Positions 29,106 to 38,701 are shown, counted from the first letter of the stretch. The stretch is DNA of 64,000 nucleotides from Minisyncoccota bacterium (GCA_041663005.1 JBAZRK010000001.1:222734-286733), one strand, 5' to 3'. Made by a program: numbers and translations. Notes: generated by a model not told the origin, from the letters alone.

Positions 29106-29435
29106 TTAGCAGTATTTTAAATCCTTTTTTATTTGAGCTATCAGCTCTTCTTCGGTGTCAAATTTTTTAAATTCTCGTAAAAATTTATTTATCTGGAGTA
29201 CCACCTCTTTACCATAGGCATCACCGTCATAACCTATCAAATGCGCTTCAATTCTGTCTCCGGGCCCTATTACTATCCCTGCTCGATATGTTTTCCCCTC
29301 TAGAGTTCCTGTTCCTGCATAAACTCCGTTAGGAGGTACATCCTTCGCCTCAGTCTTTAAATTTACTGTAGGAAAACCTATCTTTCTCCCATAGCTATCC
29401 CCTTTCAAAACTTGACCTGAAATTACGTAATTCAT
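29106..29435 (-). CDS. Stand-alone riboflavin kinase domain
   Basis: G..YGRKIGFPTVN, GVYAG, IEAH, D.YG, FLR..KKF; no FAD synthetase domain. Confidence 0.9.
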   Translation of the reverse strand: MNYVISGQVLKGDSYGRKIGFPTVNLKTEAKDVPPNGVYAGTGTLEGKTYRAGIVIGPGDRIEAHLIGYDGDAYGKEVVLQINKFLREFKKFDTEEELIAQIKKDLKYC

Positions 29436-30841
29436 TACTTACCTAGTTTAATACCAAGTTCTTTGAGCTGTTTGTCAGGAACTTCTGACGGAGAGCTCAT
29501 CATCAAATCTTTACCCTCGCCGTTTTTTGGAAAGGCCATTACTTCGCGAATGTTTGGTTCGTTTTCGAGAATCATCATCAAGCGGTCGAAGCCCCAGGCA
29601 ATTCCTCCGTGTGGAGGAGTCCCGGCTCGAAACGCTTCGAGCATATAAAATAAATTCTTTTCAACTTGTTCTTGAGGAACACCCATTATCTCATACACCG
29701 CGAGTAACGCTTCGGGCTTGTGATTCCTGATACTTCCCCCACCTATCTCATACCCGTTTAGCACAATGTCGTATTGGTTGGTTAAAATTTCGGCAATATT
29801 TTTTTTATTCAATAAATCTTCCGCGAATTGTGGCTGAGCAGCTGAAAAAGGATTGTGGGTAAATGTCCATTCACCCTCTGCCGTCGGGTTGTCGGAATTA
29901 TCTGTTCTTTCGAAGAAAGGAAAGTCTATCACCCAGCAAAACGCTAACAAATTTTTATCATCTTTGTCATTGCGTACGTCGGGTCGGTCGGTGCCGTATT
30001 TTTCCATAGCTTCCTTGTACGAAATTCTCGGAAATGGAATTTCTTGAATTTTCTTCTCCGGGTAGAGGTTCTGTACTATCTCGATTAAAAGCTTTTCGTT
30101 GAGCGCCATTACATCTTCCCTGTCCACGAAACTCATTTCCATATCAAGCTGAGTAAATTCCGGCTGTCTGTCCCCACGTAGGTCCTCATCGCGCATACAT
30201 TTCGCCATTTGAAAATATCTTTCCATTCCTGACGCCATAAATAGCTGTTTATATTGCTGTGGCGCTTGGGGTAATGCATAAAACTTACCTTGATCTAGGC
30301 GCGAAGGCACAATGAAATCCCGGGCCCCTTCTGCGGTGGATTTCGACAGTATCGGAGTTTCTATTTCTATAAAGTTTTCTTTGTCGAGGGCGTCCCGAAT
30401 AAACTTCACAACTTTATGTCGGTTGCGAATATTTTTCTGCATCCTGGCTCGGCGCAAATCCAAATATCTGTATTTCAATCTGTGTTCCTCGCCTATTTCG
30501 TAACCATCATTGGTAATATCAATGTTCGGAGTCTCCGCTTTGTTGAATACTTCGATGTTTGTAACTTCAATTTCAACACCTCCACCCTTTTCTGCATTTT
30601 TGTCATTGCGAGCTTTTACAATACCCGAAACTCCAACAACCCATTCTGGACGAATCTCTTTCGCTTGGAGAATTGCATCAGCATGCACAGGGAGGGTCAC
30701 GCATTGTACTTTCCCGCTCATATCTCGCATATCAAAAAATACCATCTTTCCCTGGTCTCGGCGGACATCCACCCAGCCGGCAATATTTATTTCTTGGCCT
30801 ATATTTTCCTTTAAATCCTTTATATAAATTCGATTTTTCAT
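29435..30841 (-). CDS. aspS: Aspartate--tRNA ligase (bacterial type, lacking GAD insertion)
   Basis: RLKYRYLDLR, EGARDF, RDED.RGDRQPEFTQLD, GGGSIR, PPHGG.A.G.DR. Confidence 0.96.
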   Translation of the reverse strand: MKNRIYIKDLKENIGQEINIAGWVDVRRDQGKMVFFDMRDMSGKVQCVTLPVHADAILQAKEIRPEWVVGVSGIVKARNDKNAEKGGGVEIEVTNIEVFNKAETPNIDITNDGYEIGEEHRLKYRYLDLRRARMQKNIRNRHKVVKFIRDALDKENFIEIETPILSKSTAEGARDFIVPSRLDQGKFYALPQAPQQYKQLFMASGMERYFQMAKCMRDEDLRGDRQPEFTQLDMEMSFVDREDVMALNEKLLIEIVQNLYPEKKIQEIPFPRISYKEAMEKYGTDRPDVRNDKDDKNLLAFCWVIDFPFFERTDNSDNPTAEGEWTFTHNPFSAAQPQFAEDLLNKKNIAEILTNQYDIVLNGYEIGGGSIRNHKPEALLAVYEIMGVPQEQVEKNLFYMLEAFRAGTPPHGGIAWGFDRLMMILENEPNIREVMAFPKNGEGKDLMMSSPSEVPDKQLKELGIKLGK

Positions 30842-30889
30842 ATCAAAAGAAGTTTAACATAAAACCGAAATAAAAACAGTGCGTTTGTT

Positions 30890-32392
30890 TTAAAATAATT
30901 TGTGGCCAGTCATACTTTCTGGCACAGGAATATCCATAAGCGTAAGCACCGTCGGGGCGACATCAGCCAGACTACCGCTATGCAATTCTAGCCCCTTCAG
31001 AGTGATAAGGGCCGGAACTTTAGAAAGCGTATGGGCTGTATGCATACTCCCCGTTGATTGCTCGACATTTATTTCCGCGTTGCCGTGGTCTGCGGTAATA
31101 ACCGCAACGCCACCTTGCTTCTCGAGTGTCCCTACTATTCTTTTTAGTTCGCGGTCAATAGTCTCTACTGCTTTTTTTGTGGCTGCGAAATCCGCCGTAT
31201 GCCCCACCATATCAGCGTTCGCAAAGTTAATGACGAGCAGGTCCGCACCGGCGTCAATACTTTTGATTGCGGCGTCGGCTATTTCTTTAGCCATCATTTC
31301 GGGAGCCTGGTTATGGGTTTTCACGTCTTTGCGGCTCTCAATTAATATATGTTCCTCTTTTGGATGCAATTCTTTACGCTCGCCGTTGAAAAAATATGTT
31401 ACGTGGGCATACTTTTCAGTTTCGGCGATGTGCACCTGGCTCCTTCCAGCACGCGCTACAGCTTCAGCCAAGGTATCTTCAATTTTTAATCTTGGAAACG
31501 CAACCAAACTCTCGAGGTCCGGAGCGTATTCGGTCATCGTCGTGAGCAGAACGTTCTGTTCTTTAGCTTTTTCATTTATTTTATAGCAAAGCTGGCGGGT
31601 ACGGTCGTTTCGAAAATTAAAAAAGAATATGCCATCATTTTTTTCAACTTTGTAAACTTTGCCGGAAGAATCCGGGAAAATAAGCGGCTCCAAATGCTCG
31701 TCCTGAATTCCGCTTTCATACTTTTCGAGCAAAGCTTCGGAAGGTTTCTTGCCTTTTTGATTTTCCCCCTGACTTACGAAAACTGCGGCAAGCACAACTT
31801 CAGTCCTGTCCCAATTTTTGTCGCGGTCCATAGCGTAGTAACGCCCAGATATTGAGGCAATGTGTCCAGTACCCAATTCTTCTAATAAATTTTCAAGATT
31901 TGCCAGAAATTCTCCTCCTGATTGTGGCGGGCTGTCACGGCCATCAGTGAAAGCGTGAATAATAATTTTCTGCACCCCTTCTCTTTTTGCCAATTTTAAA
32001 AATTCGTGGAGATGTTCTTGATGACTATGAACTCCTATGGGGCTCAAAAGTCCCATAACGTGGAGTACCGATTTGTGGTCTTTAACGTGCTTGAAAAGTT
32101 TATGAAAAGCGTCCACTTTAGCATAGTCAGTACTCGAAATCGCCTTGCCTATACGAACAAGGTCGGTAGCGATGATACGGCCCGCCCCTATGGTCATATG
32201 TCCCACCTCGCTGTTCCCTATTACCCCAGGCAGGAGACCGACGTGTTCCCCGCTCGCCTCAAGAAGTGTATGCGGGAAATTTTTCCACAAGTAATCAAAA
32301 AATGGCGTACTAGCTGACGCAATGGCGTTATGCTCTTTTGCCTCTCGATAGCCCCAACCATCCAAAATTATCAAGGCAATGCGCTTTTTCAT
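30890..32392 (-). CDS. gpmI: BPG-independent phosphoglycerate mutase
   Basis: LDGWG, GNSEVGH, GRYYAMDRD, ETEKYAHVT, TADHGN. Confidence 0.98.
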   Translation of the reverse strand: MKKRIALIILDGWGYREAKEHNAIASASTPFFDYLWKNFPHTLLEASGEHVGLLPGVIGNSEVGHMTIGAGRIIATDLVRIGKAISSTDYAKVDAFHKLFKHVKDHKSVLHVMGLLSPIGVHSHQEHLHEFLKLAKREGVQKIIIHAFTDGRDSPPQSGGEFLANLENLLEELGTGHIASISGRYYAMDRDKNWDRTEVVLAAVFVSQGENQKGKKPSEALLEKYESGIQDEHLEPLIFPDSSGKVYKVEKNDGIFFFNFRNDRTRQLCYKINEKAKEQNVLLTTMTEYAPDLESLVAFPRLKIEDTLAEAVARAGRSQVHIAETEKYAHVTYFFNGERKELHPKEEHILIESRKDVKTHNQAPEMMAKEIADAAIKSIDAGADLLVINFANADMVGHTADFAATKKAVETIDRELKRIVGTLEKQGGVAVITADHGNAEINVEQSTGSMHTAHTLSKVPALITLKGLELHSGSLADVAPTVLTLMDIPVPESMTGHKLF

Positions 32393-32416
32393 TTGATATT
32401 TAAATATTCGGGAAAT

Positions 32417-33436
32417 TTAAGCTCCCGTATGCCAGAGCTCTGTGACCGACGCACCGTTATGTAAATTGTCTATTATCATTGCCAGAAGTTTACCTGTATG
32501 TATAACTTCTAAATTCTTAATAGCTTTTCGGTCAGTTTCACGCAAGCATGTGTCACCAAACCAAATGCCTTTAAAGGGCGCTTCATTTAAATTTTTCACC
32601 GCGTCGCCCGAGAGAACCGCGTGGGTCGCCGTGAAATATACGTCTTTTGCACCGTTAGCCTTAAGCGCATGCAAGGCTTTGATTGCCGTGCCGCACGTGT
32701 CGGCCATATCGTCAGGAATAATACAATTGAAACCCTTGGCGTCTCCGATAACTTCCATCACTTCGGCGTAGTTGGTCTTCTTCGGATCACGAAATTTGTT
32801 TACAATAATGATATTTTCCGGAATACCCAGCTGTTGTGCGAGTTTGCGACAAGAAGGCGCCGCACCTAAATCGGGGGCGACAATTTTGAAAGTTTTTAAA
32901 TCAAATTTCTTTGCCTTAATGTGCTTAATTAACAAATCATTGACGTTCACGTCCACTACCGGAATAGTAAGCGGATGGGCGTTGTAGCTCGAAGGATTGT
33001 GAAGACGCAAAACCACTAATCGGTTCGCGCCGGCCATTTGCATCCTCATTGGAACTTTCTGAACCAGAACAGGCTCGCGGTGATTGGAAGGTTTGTCCTG
33101 ACGAGCGTAGGGCAAGGACGGCATTACTACGGTAATTCTGGAAGGCTCTCCTTGGCGCAAAGCAAAGACCATTGATTCACATTCATCGATGTCGAAGGCT
33201 AGCTCTTCTTTTGAGTCGAACCTGGGTTGCAAAATAATGTAAACATCTCGATCTCGCACCGACTCAGTGTGGTGAACTATGAATTCCCCATTTTGAAATA
33301 CTTTGTAGTTGGAAGGCGCAAGCTTGGTTTTCAAAAGCTTAGCCACCTCTTTAGCGAGGGCTTGGTTAGTACCGCTGGCAGAGCCATATAGCTTAAGCGG
33401 ATAAGGGTTTAAATTGATTTGTGTGGCCGGCGCCAT
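32417..33436 (-). CDS. prs: Ribose-phosphate pyrophosphokinase
   Basis: F.NGE, PYARQD, APDLG, DDMADTCGT, THAVLS. Confidence 0.93.
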   Translation of the reverse strand: MAPATQINLNPYPLKLYGSASGTNQALAKEVAKLLKTKLAPSNYKVFQNGEFIVHHTESVRDRDVYIILQPRFDSKEELAFDIDECESMVFALRQGEPSRITVVMPSLPYARQDKPSNHREPVLVQKVPMRMQMAGANRLVVLRLHNPSSYNAHPLTIPVVDVNVNDLLIKHIKAKKFDLKTFKIVAPDLGAAPSCRKLAQQLGIPENIIIVNKFRDPKKTNYAEVMEVIGDAKGFNCIIPDDMADTCGTAIKALHALKANGAKDVYFTATHAVLSGDAVKNLNEAPFKGIWFGDTCLRETDRKAIKNLEVIHTGKLLAMIIDNLHNGASVTELWHTGA

Positions 33437-33474
33437 GTTGCAAGTATTCTATCACAAAAAGTAAACTAGGCCAA

Positions 33475-35091
33475 CTAAGCTGATTGTGGCTTAGGAGCGG
33501 CTACTAGAATTTCCTCACTTATATTCGACTCATACATCTCGAAATTATTATTGAAGGCTCGCGCCAGCCTATCAAGTTCGGTGTCGTATGCAGCTTTATT
33601 CTCCCAGGTATTTCTGGGATTCATGATTTCTTTCGGAACATCTGGACAAGTTTTAGGAAATTTTAAATTAAAAACCGGTAAGGTGTCGTACTCTACATTG
33701 CTTAATTTATCATCTAGCGCCGCACGAATAATGGCGCGAGTGAAAGACAACTTTATTCTCTGTCCGGTACCATAAGCGCCTCCAGACCAACCTGTGTTAA
33801 CCAGCCAGACATTTATGTCGGTATGCTCTTTTAATTTCTTGCCCAACAATTCCGCGTAGCGAGCGGGATGCAGGGGCAAGAATGCTTTACCGAAACACGC
33901 TGAGAACACTAGCTCCGGCTCAACAACGCCCACTTCTGTACCGGCAACCTTGGCGGTATAGCCTGACAGAAAATGGTACATAGCTTGTCCAATATCAAGC
34001 TTAGAAATAGGTGGTAATACTCCACTCGCATCACAGGTAAGGAAAAAAATATTTTTCGGAATTCCGCCTTCGGAAATCTCGCGGGCACTTTGGATGTAAT
34101 GTATCGGGTAAGCGACGCGAGTATTTTCCGTCTTACTCACATCGGCAAAGTTAATTGTATCCGTGCCATCTAAAAACATTGCATTTTCAACGACTGCGCC
34201 GTCCTTGATTGCATTCCAAATTTGCGGTTCGTGTTCTTGTGAAAGATTGACGCATTTGGCATAGCATCCGCCCTCAAAATTGAAAACTCCTTTGTCTGAC
34301 CAGCCGTGCTCGTCGTCTCCTATTAATTCTCGTGAATGATCAGCAGAAAGTGTTGTTTTCCCAGTGCCCGAAAGACCGAAAAAGAGAGCTGTGTCGCCGT
34401 CTTTACCGACATTGGCGGAAGAGTGGATTGTTAGGACATTATGCTTTTTAGGCAAGACATAATTCAGCACCGAAAACACGCTTTTCTTTATCTCACCGGC
34501 ATATGCAGAACCACCGATTAAAATTATTTTCTTAGCAAAGTTTATAATTGTAAAATTGTGTTGCCTAGTTCCATCGATGAGTGGATCTGCCTTAAAAGTT
34601 GGGGCCGCCACAACCGACCAGTCTCCATCTTCGGTGTTAAGTACTTCTTCCTCAGACGGTCTCAAGAATAAATTATGTACAAACAAATCCTGCCACGGCG
34701 ATTCGGTAATTATTCTGACCTTCGTTCGACATTGCGGGTCTACGCAAACCTGCGCATCGCGCACAAAAATTTCACCTTTTGATAAATGGGCTGTGACGCG
34801 TTCATATAGAGATTCAAAAATATTTTCATCAAATTTATGATTGACATCACCCCACCATACCGAATCCCGGGTCGTCTCGTCATACACCACAAATTTGTCC
34901 TTAGGCGACCGGCCTTTGAATTCTCCGGTGTCCACGACTACCGCGCCGTTGTCGGCCACCCGCCCTTCGCCGCGCTTCACTGTTTTTTCTACTAGTTCCT
35001 CAGGTTTCAAATTCCAATGTGCCACTTCGGCGTTATGGAGTTTTAATTTTTTTAAATTCGCATTCTTTGCCTTCAGCCCGGTTTCTTTCAT
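33475..35091 (-). CDS. pckA: PEP carboxykinase (ATP)
   Basis: GRSPKDKF, YAGEIKK, FGLSGTGKTTLS, IGDDEHGW, NFEGGCYAK. Confidence 0.98.
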   Translation of the reverse strand: MKETGLKAKNANLKKLKLHNAEVAHWNLKPEELVEKTVKRGEGRVADNGAVVVDTGEFKGRSPKDKFVVYDETTRDSVWWGDVNHKFDENIFESLYERVTAHLSKGEIFVRDAQVCVDPQCRTKVRIITESPWQDLFVHNLFLRPSEEEVLNTEDGDWSVVAAPTFKADPLIDGTRQHNFTIINFAKKIILIGGSAYAGEIKKSVFSVLNYVLPKKHNVLTIHSSANVGKDGDTALFFGLSGTGKTTLSADHSRELIGDDEHGWSDKGVFNFEGGCYAKCVNLSQEHEPQIWNAIKDGAVVENAMFLDGTDTINFADVSKTENTRVAYPIHYIQSAREISEGGIPKNIFFLTCDASGVLPPISKLDIGQAMYHFLSGYTAKVAGTEVGVVEPELVFSACFGKAFLPLHPARYAELLGKKLKEHTDINVWLVNTGWSGGAYGTGQRIKLSFTRAIIRAALDDKLSNVEYDTLPVFNLKFPKTCPDVPKEIMNPRNTWENKAAYDTELDRLARAFNNNFEMYESNISEEILVAAPKPQSA

Positions 35092-36266
35092 ATTTTCTTT
35101 TTATAATTTTTAATAAATTTCGAAAGTACGTGGATGCCTTCGACTAGAACTTGCTCCCGCTCACCGAAGGAAAAACGCACATAACCCTCTTTGCCGAAGG
35201 CACTTCCCGGTACCGTAGCAACCCCACCTTTTTCTATAGCCAAAGTACAAAATTCCGCAGAGTTCTTACCTGCCCAGCCGAGAGATTTAAGTGAAACGAA
35301 GGCATACAGTCCCGCTTGGGGCGCAGAAATATTGGTCTTAAAAGTTTTATTAAATTCTGATACGAATACATCGCGACGCTTCTTCATTGCTTCGTTTACC
35401 TTACGGGTTATATTTGCAGCGTCTTTAAGCACTGGCAAGGCAGCGTACTGGCACATAGTAGTCGCCCCGCTCGTACTCTGGCTGGCAAGGCTCGAGAGCG
35501 TGTCCATAATTTCTTTATTAGTAAAAACGAATCCGAGCCTAAAGCCCGTCATGGCGAAGCTCTTGGAGCAACTTTCCACTATTGCTAAATTTTTAGGAAA
35601 TTTGCCAGGCAGAGCGCAAGATGCAAAAGATTTATTGTCGTAAACAAGTCCGCTGTAAACTTCATCGGAAATTACAAAGAGTCCCAGTTTCTCGGCAGCC
35701 GTCATAATGTCCGCAATTTCCTTCGAGCTATAGAGCGCCCCAGTCGGATTTCCGGCATTGTTTAAAATTAGTATTTTACTTTTTTTACTGAAACTTTTCT
35801 TAAGGTCTTCGGCGGTAATTTTCCAATCCGACTTTTCGCTTGTGTTTATTATTTTCGGCAACCCTTTGAAAAGTCGCACCATACCAGGGTACGACACCCA
35901 GCAAGGCGCCGGGATTAAAACTTCGTCTCCGGGGCGAAGCAGTGCCTGAAGCAAAATAAAGAGCCCGAACTTTCCCCCGCTCACCACCATCGCATTTTCT
36001 TTTTTAACATCCGAACCGTAGCGGCTATTCATCCAGCGCGCTGCCGCTTCGCGAAGTTCGCCAACACCAGCCACCGAAGGGTAATGCGTTTTTTCTTCTT
36101 TGAAAGCATTCACGAAAGCACGGGTTGCAACTTCGGGCGCAGGCACCATCGGCTCCCCGGCACTTAGATTGTAGATTTTTTCACCCGCACGTATTTTCTC
36201 GAGAGCAATTCCGTTAATCGCAATGGTAGCCGAGGGCGGAATTTTTAATAGATGCATTTTTTTCAT
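35088..36266 (-). CDS. PLP-dependent class I aminotransferase (aspartate-type, subgroup Ib)
   Basis: GEP, NPTG, SDEVY, SKSFAMTGFRLG, VPGSAFG..GYVRFS. Confidence 0.92.
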   Translation of the reverse strand: MKKMHLLKIPPSATIAINGIALEKIRAGEKIYNLSAGEPMVPAPEVATRAFVNAFKEEKTHYPSVAGVGELREAAARWMNSRYGSDVKKENAMVVSGGKFGLFILLQALLRPGDEVLIPAPCWVSYPGMVRLFKGLPKIINTSEKSDWKITAEDLKKSFSKKSKILILNNAGNPTGALYSSKEIADIMTAAEKLGLFVISDEVYSGLVYDNKSFASCALPGKFPKNLAIVESCSKSFAMTGFRLGFVFTNKEIMDTLSSLASQSTSGATTMCQYAALPVLKDAANITRKVNEAMKKRRDVFVSEFNKTFKTNISAPQAGLYAFVSLKSLGWAGKNSAEFCTLAIEKGGVATVPGSAFGKEGYVRFSFGEREQVLVEGIHVLSKFIKNYKKKI

Positions 36267-36282
36267 AAAAATTCTTGATTTG

Positions 36283-36311
36283 AGTATACCGAGCTCTTAA
36301 AAATTTTGCAA
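36283..36311 (-). promoter_or_regulatory. Promoter of the aminotransferase-pckA unit
   Basis: TTGCAA-17 bp-TATACT on minus strand. Confidence 0.7.
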
Positions 36312-36322
36312 TCAGGCAAGAT

Positions 36323-36363
36323 AAAAAGGGGTCTTACGTCTCGATGATATGAGACTGCCCCTT
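36323..36363 (-). terminator. Probable terminator after the orphan ORF
   Basis: AAGGGG..GTCTC-loop-GAGAC..CCCCTTTTT on minus strand. Confidence 0.55.
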
Positions 36364-36413
36364 AATTCTGTGATGTGCTTGCCAATTACGCCGGCAGGCT
36401 TGGCGCAAAGAAC

Positions 36414-36656
36414 CTAGATCGGATTGCTTACGCGTCCACAGCGTGCATGCCGCATCGTGCCGTCGCGGTAGCGGCGCATAACACGGTTGCCGCGCCACCC
36501 GGGAACATAACGCTCATTTGCTTCGAACCCCGGGAACCCCCCGACGATTTCCCCGTGGAAACCATCAGGCTCGTCGAAAGCACTGCACCCGCACGAGAGA
36601 TCTGTGCTTGACGAGAGCTCTACAACTTGCCACTTGTTCCATCTGTGTTTAGCCAT
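36414..36656 (-). CDS. Orphan 80-aa protein (CxC...HxxC)
   Basis: AAAGGAG 8 nt upstream of ATG; downstream terminator; SCGC and HARCG. Confidence 0.75.
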   Translation of the reverse strand: MAKHRWNKWQVVELSSSTDLSCGCSAFDEPDGFHGEIVGGFPGFEANERYVPGWRGNRVMRRYRDGTMRHARCGRVSNPI

Positions 36657-36686
36657 GCGCGCGTCTCCTTTTATTGAGATTTACTC

Positions 36687-36716
36687 CAAATGAACAATTT
36701 CATTTGTTAAAGATCA
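36687..36716 (-). promoter_or_regulatory. boxA-like site followed by hairpin
   Basis: TGATCTTTAACAA (36716-36704) overlapping the 8-bp stem CAAATGAA-ATTG-TTCATTTG. Confidence 0.6.
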
Positions 36717-36797
36717 ATGTCCGTGTAAAAGCAGAACCCAACCCTTCGCGAGTTATGGATGTTAAGGTAATTCCCATACCCTTCCTCTTGCACGCGC

Positions 36798-36889
36798 AAA
36801 AGGAAAAACCGGCTTCGATTGCTCGAGAGCCGGTTTTTAGGTTGTAAGTTTCTTTTTAGTGTTTACAGCGCAAAAATCAGCTCTCGAGC
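36798..36889 (-). promoter_or_regulatory. Phe-responsive attenuator (terminator/antiterminator)
   Basis: Terminator AAAAACCGGCT-C-TCGA-GCAA-TCGA-AGCCGGTTTTT-CCTTTT; leader segment GCTCGAGAGCTGATTTTT pairs 17/18 with its 5' arm. Confidence 0.88.
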
Positions 36890-36943
36890 TTTGGTAAAGC
36901 TAAAAAAGAAAAAGCTGTTAATTTGTGCACTGTTTTTAATCAC
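36863..36943 (-). CDS. Phe-rich leader peptide (26 aa)
   Basis: GTG start 6 nt after TATAAT (36950-55): MIKNSAQINSFFFFSFTKARELIFAL*. Confidence 0.88.
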   Translation of the reverse strand: MIKNSAQINSFFFFSFTKARELIFAL

Positions 36944-36992
36944 TAAAATATTATAGCCCATATTTACAATAACGCAATACCCCTGTGGAAAA

Positions 36993-37649
36993 CTACTTAT
37001 TTCCCTTTTTGTAGTCTGCTAAAAATTTCTCAAGTCCGGCATCGGTTAGTGGATGCTTGACCAAGTCGAGAATAGATTTAAGTGGGCTCGTAATAACGTC
37101 CGCGCCGAGAGCTGCGCATTGCTCTATGTGTGAAGTGCTTCTAATTGATGCTGCAAGAACTTGGGTCTTATAATTATAATTTTTAAAAATTTTCACAATC
37201 TGTTCAATGAGAAGAACACCACTCTCTCCAATGTCATCCAATCGTCCGATAAAAGGCGACACGTAAGTGGCTCCCGCCTTGGCCGCAAGCAATGCCTGTC
37301 CTGCACTAAAAACCAGTGTGCAGTTTGTTTTTATTCCTCTGTCAGAAAGATATTTTATGGCTTTTATACCCTCTTTTATCATAGGAATCTTGACCACGAT
37401 ATTCTTATTAAGTTTCGCAAGCTCTCTGCCCTCGCGAATCATACCCTCGAAATCAGTTGCGATAACTTCTGCGCTAACATCCCCCTCTACAATTTTAGAA
37501 ATTTCCAGATAGTGTTTCTTTATGTTTTCAGTGCCGGCGATACCTTCTCTAGCCATCAGGCTCGGGTTCGTAGTCACGCCGTCTAAAATCCCCAAATCAT
37601 TCGCTTCCTTAATTTCGGCAATGTTGGCTGTATCAATAAAAAATTTCAT
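36993..37649 (-). CDS. tal: Transaldolase / fructose-6-phosphate aldolase family
   Basis: [40 protein letters not shown]. Confidence 0.93.
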   Translation of the reverse strand: MKFFIDTANIAEIKEANDLGILDGVTTNPSLMAREGIAGTENIKKHYLEISKIVEGDVSAEVIATDFEGMIREGRELAKLNKNIVVKIPMIKEGIKAIKYLSDRGIKTNCTLVFSAGQALLAAKAGATYVSPFIGRLDDIGESGVLLIEQIVKIFKNYNYKTQVLAASIRSTSHIEQCAALGADVITSPLKSILDLVKHPLTDAGLEKFLADYKKGNK

Positions 37650-37658
37650 ATATTTGAA

Positions 37659-38609
37659 TTAGTACACATTAACGCCAATTTTCTCCCGCACTTCGTGCAT
37701 CTTGGCGGCAGCAATTTTCTTCGCTTCTTCACCTCCTTTCTTCAAAATTGCCAGAGCTGCGGGTATATCCTTTGCCAATTCTTTCCTTCGTTCACGAAGA
37801 GGCGCGATAAATTTCTCTAAGTCTTCGACTAGAAGCTCCTTCAACTCTTTGTACTTGCCAGCCTTTTCTTCGTAAATTTTTTTAAGTTCGTCCTCGGAAC
37901 GAACGAGCTTGTGGATGGCAAATACGTTCGCAGGAATACCACCTCCGGAATCCGTAACTATAGCCATTACCGCTTTTTTAATTTCTTCGTACTCGGCAAA
38001 AAGTGGAATTGTATTACCGTAGCTCTTGCTCATTTTCCTTCCATCAGTGCCTGGCACCACGGCCACATTCTTTTTAATGAACGGCTCTGGTAACTTAAAC
38101 GTTTCGCCGTAAGTGTTGTTGAACTTCATAGCAATGTCGCGGCAAATTTCCACGTGTTGTTTTTGGTCAGCGCCCACCGGCACCAAGTCAGGACTGTAAA
38201 GCAAAATGTCTGTTGCCATAAGCACAGGATAGTTAAATGTTCCCACATCTATTTCTTTATTCTTTGCTTCTGCGTCCTTGAAGGCGTGCGCCCTCATAAG
38301 GTACGGCATCGTCGTAATCGTGTCGAAAATCCAAGTGAGCTCGGTGTGCTCGCTGACGTCGCTTTGTTTAAAAATTGTAACTTTCTTTGGATCAAGACCA
38401 ATAGCCAAGAAATCTAGAAGAACAGCCACGATGTTTTCTTGCATTTCCTTGGCATTTCGAAGCGAGTGCAGGGCATGGTAGTCAACAATTATAATAAATC
38501 CTCCATATTCGCCTTGCAGCTCAACGAACTGCTTCATAGCCCCGAAATAATTTCCAATATGGGGCTTCCCTGAGGGCTGGACGCCCGATAAAAATACCTT
38601 TTTTGACAT
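37659..38609 (-). CDS. trpS: Tryptophan--tRNA ligase
   Basis: SGVQPSG, HIGNY, VPVGADQ.QH, KMSKS. Confidence 0.98.
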   Translation of the reverse strand: MSKKVFLSGVQPSGKPHIGNYFGAMKQFVELQGEYGGFIIIVDYHALHSLRNAKEMQENIVAVLLDFLAIGLDPKKVTIFKQSDVSEHTELTWIFDTITTMPYLMRAHAFKDAEAKNKEIDVGTFNYPVLMATDILLYSPDLVPVGADQKQHVEICRDIAMKFNNTYGETFKLPEPFIKKNVAVVPGTDGRKMSKSYGNTIPLFAEYEEIKKAVMAIVTDSGGGIPANVFAIHKLVRSEDELKKIYEEKAGKYKELKELLVEDLEKFIAPLRERRKELAKDIPAALAILKKGGEEAKKIAAAKMHEVREKIGVNVY

Positions 38610-38701
38610 ATATAAATATTATCATAGTTCTCCCCATTTTAATAACACCCTTACGCACTCATCCCCCTTTCCTAATGCGGCACCCGTGCTAGAATAACCC
38701 G

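Noticed and set aside
30900-31586. 228-aa + strand ORF
   Set aside because: Antisense to gpmI with no motif; codon-bias shadow.
36375-36611. 78-aa + strand ORF
   Set aside because: No SD or promoter; the opposite-strand ORF has an SD, upstream attenuator and terminator.
36657-36990. T-box, riboswitch or tRNA in the long intergenic region
   Set aside because: No T-box GGTGGNACC or cloverleaf recognised; the leader-peptide attenuator explains the structure.
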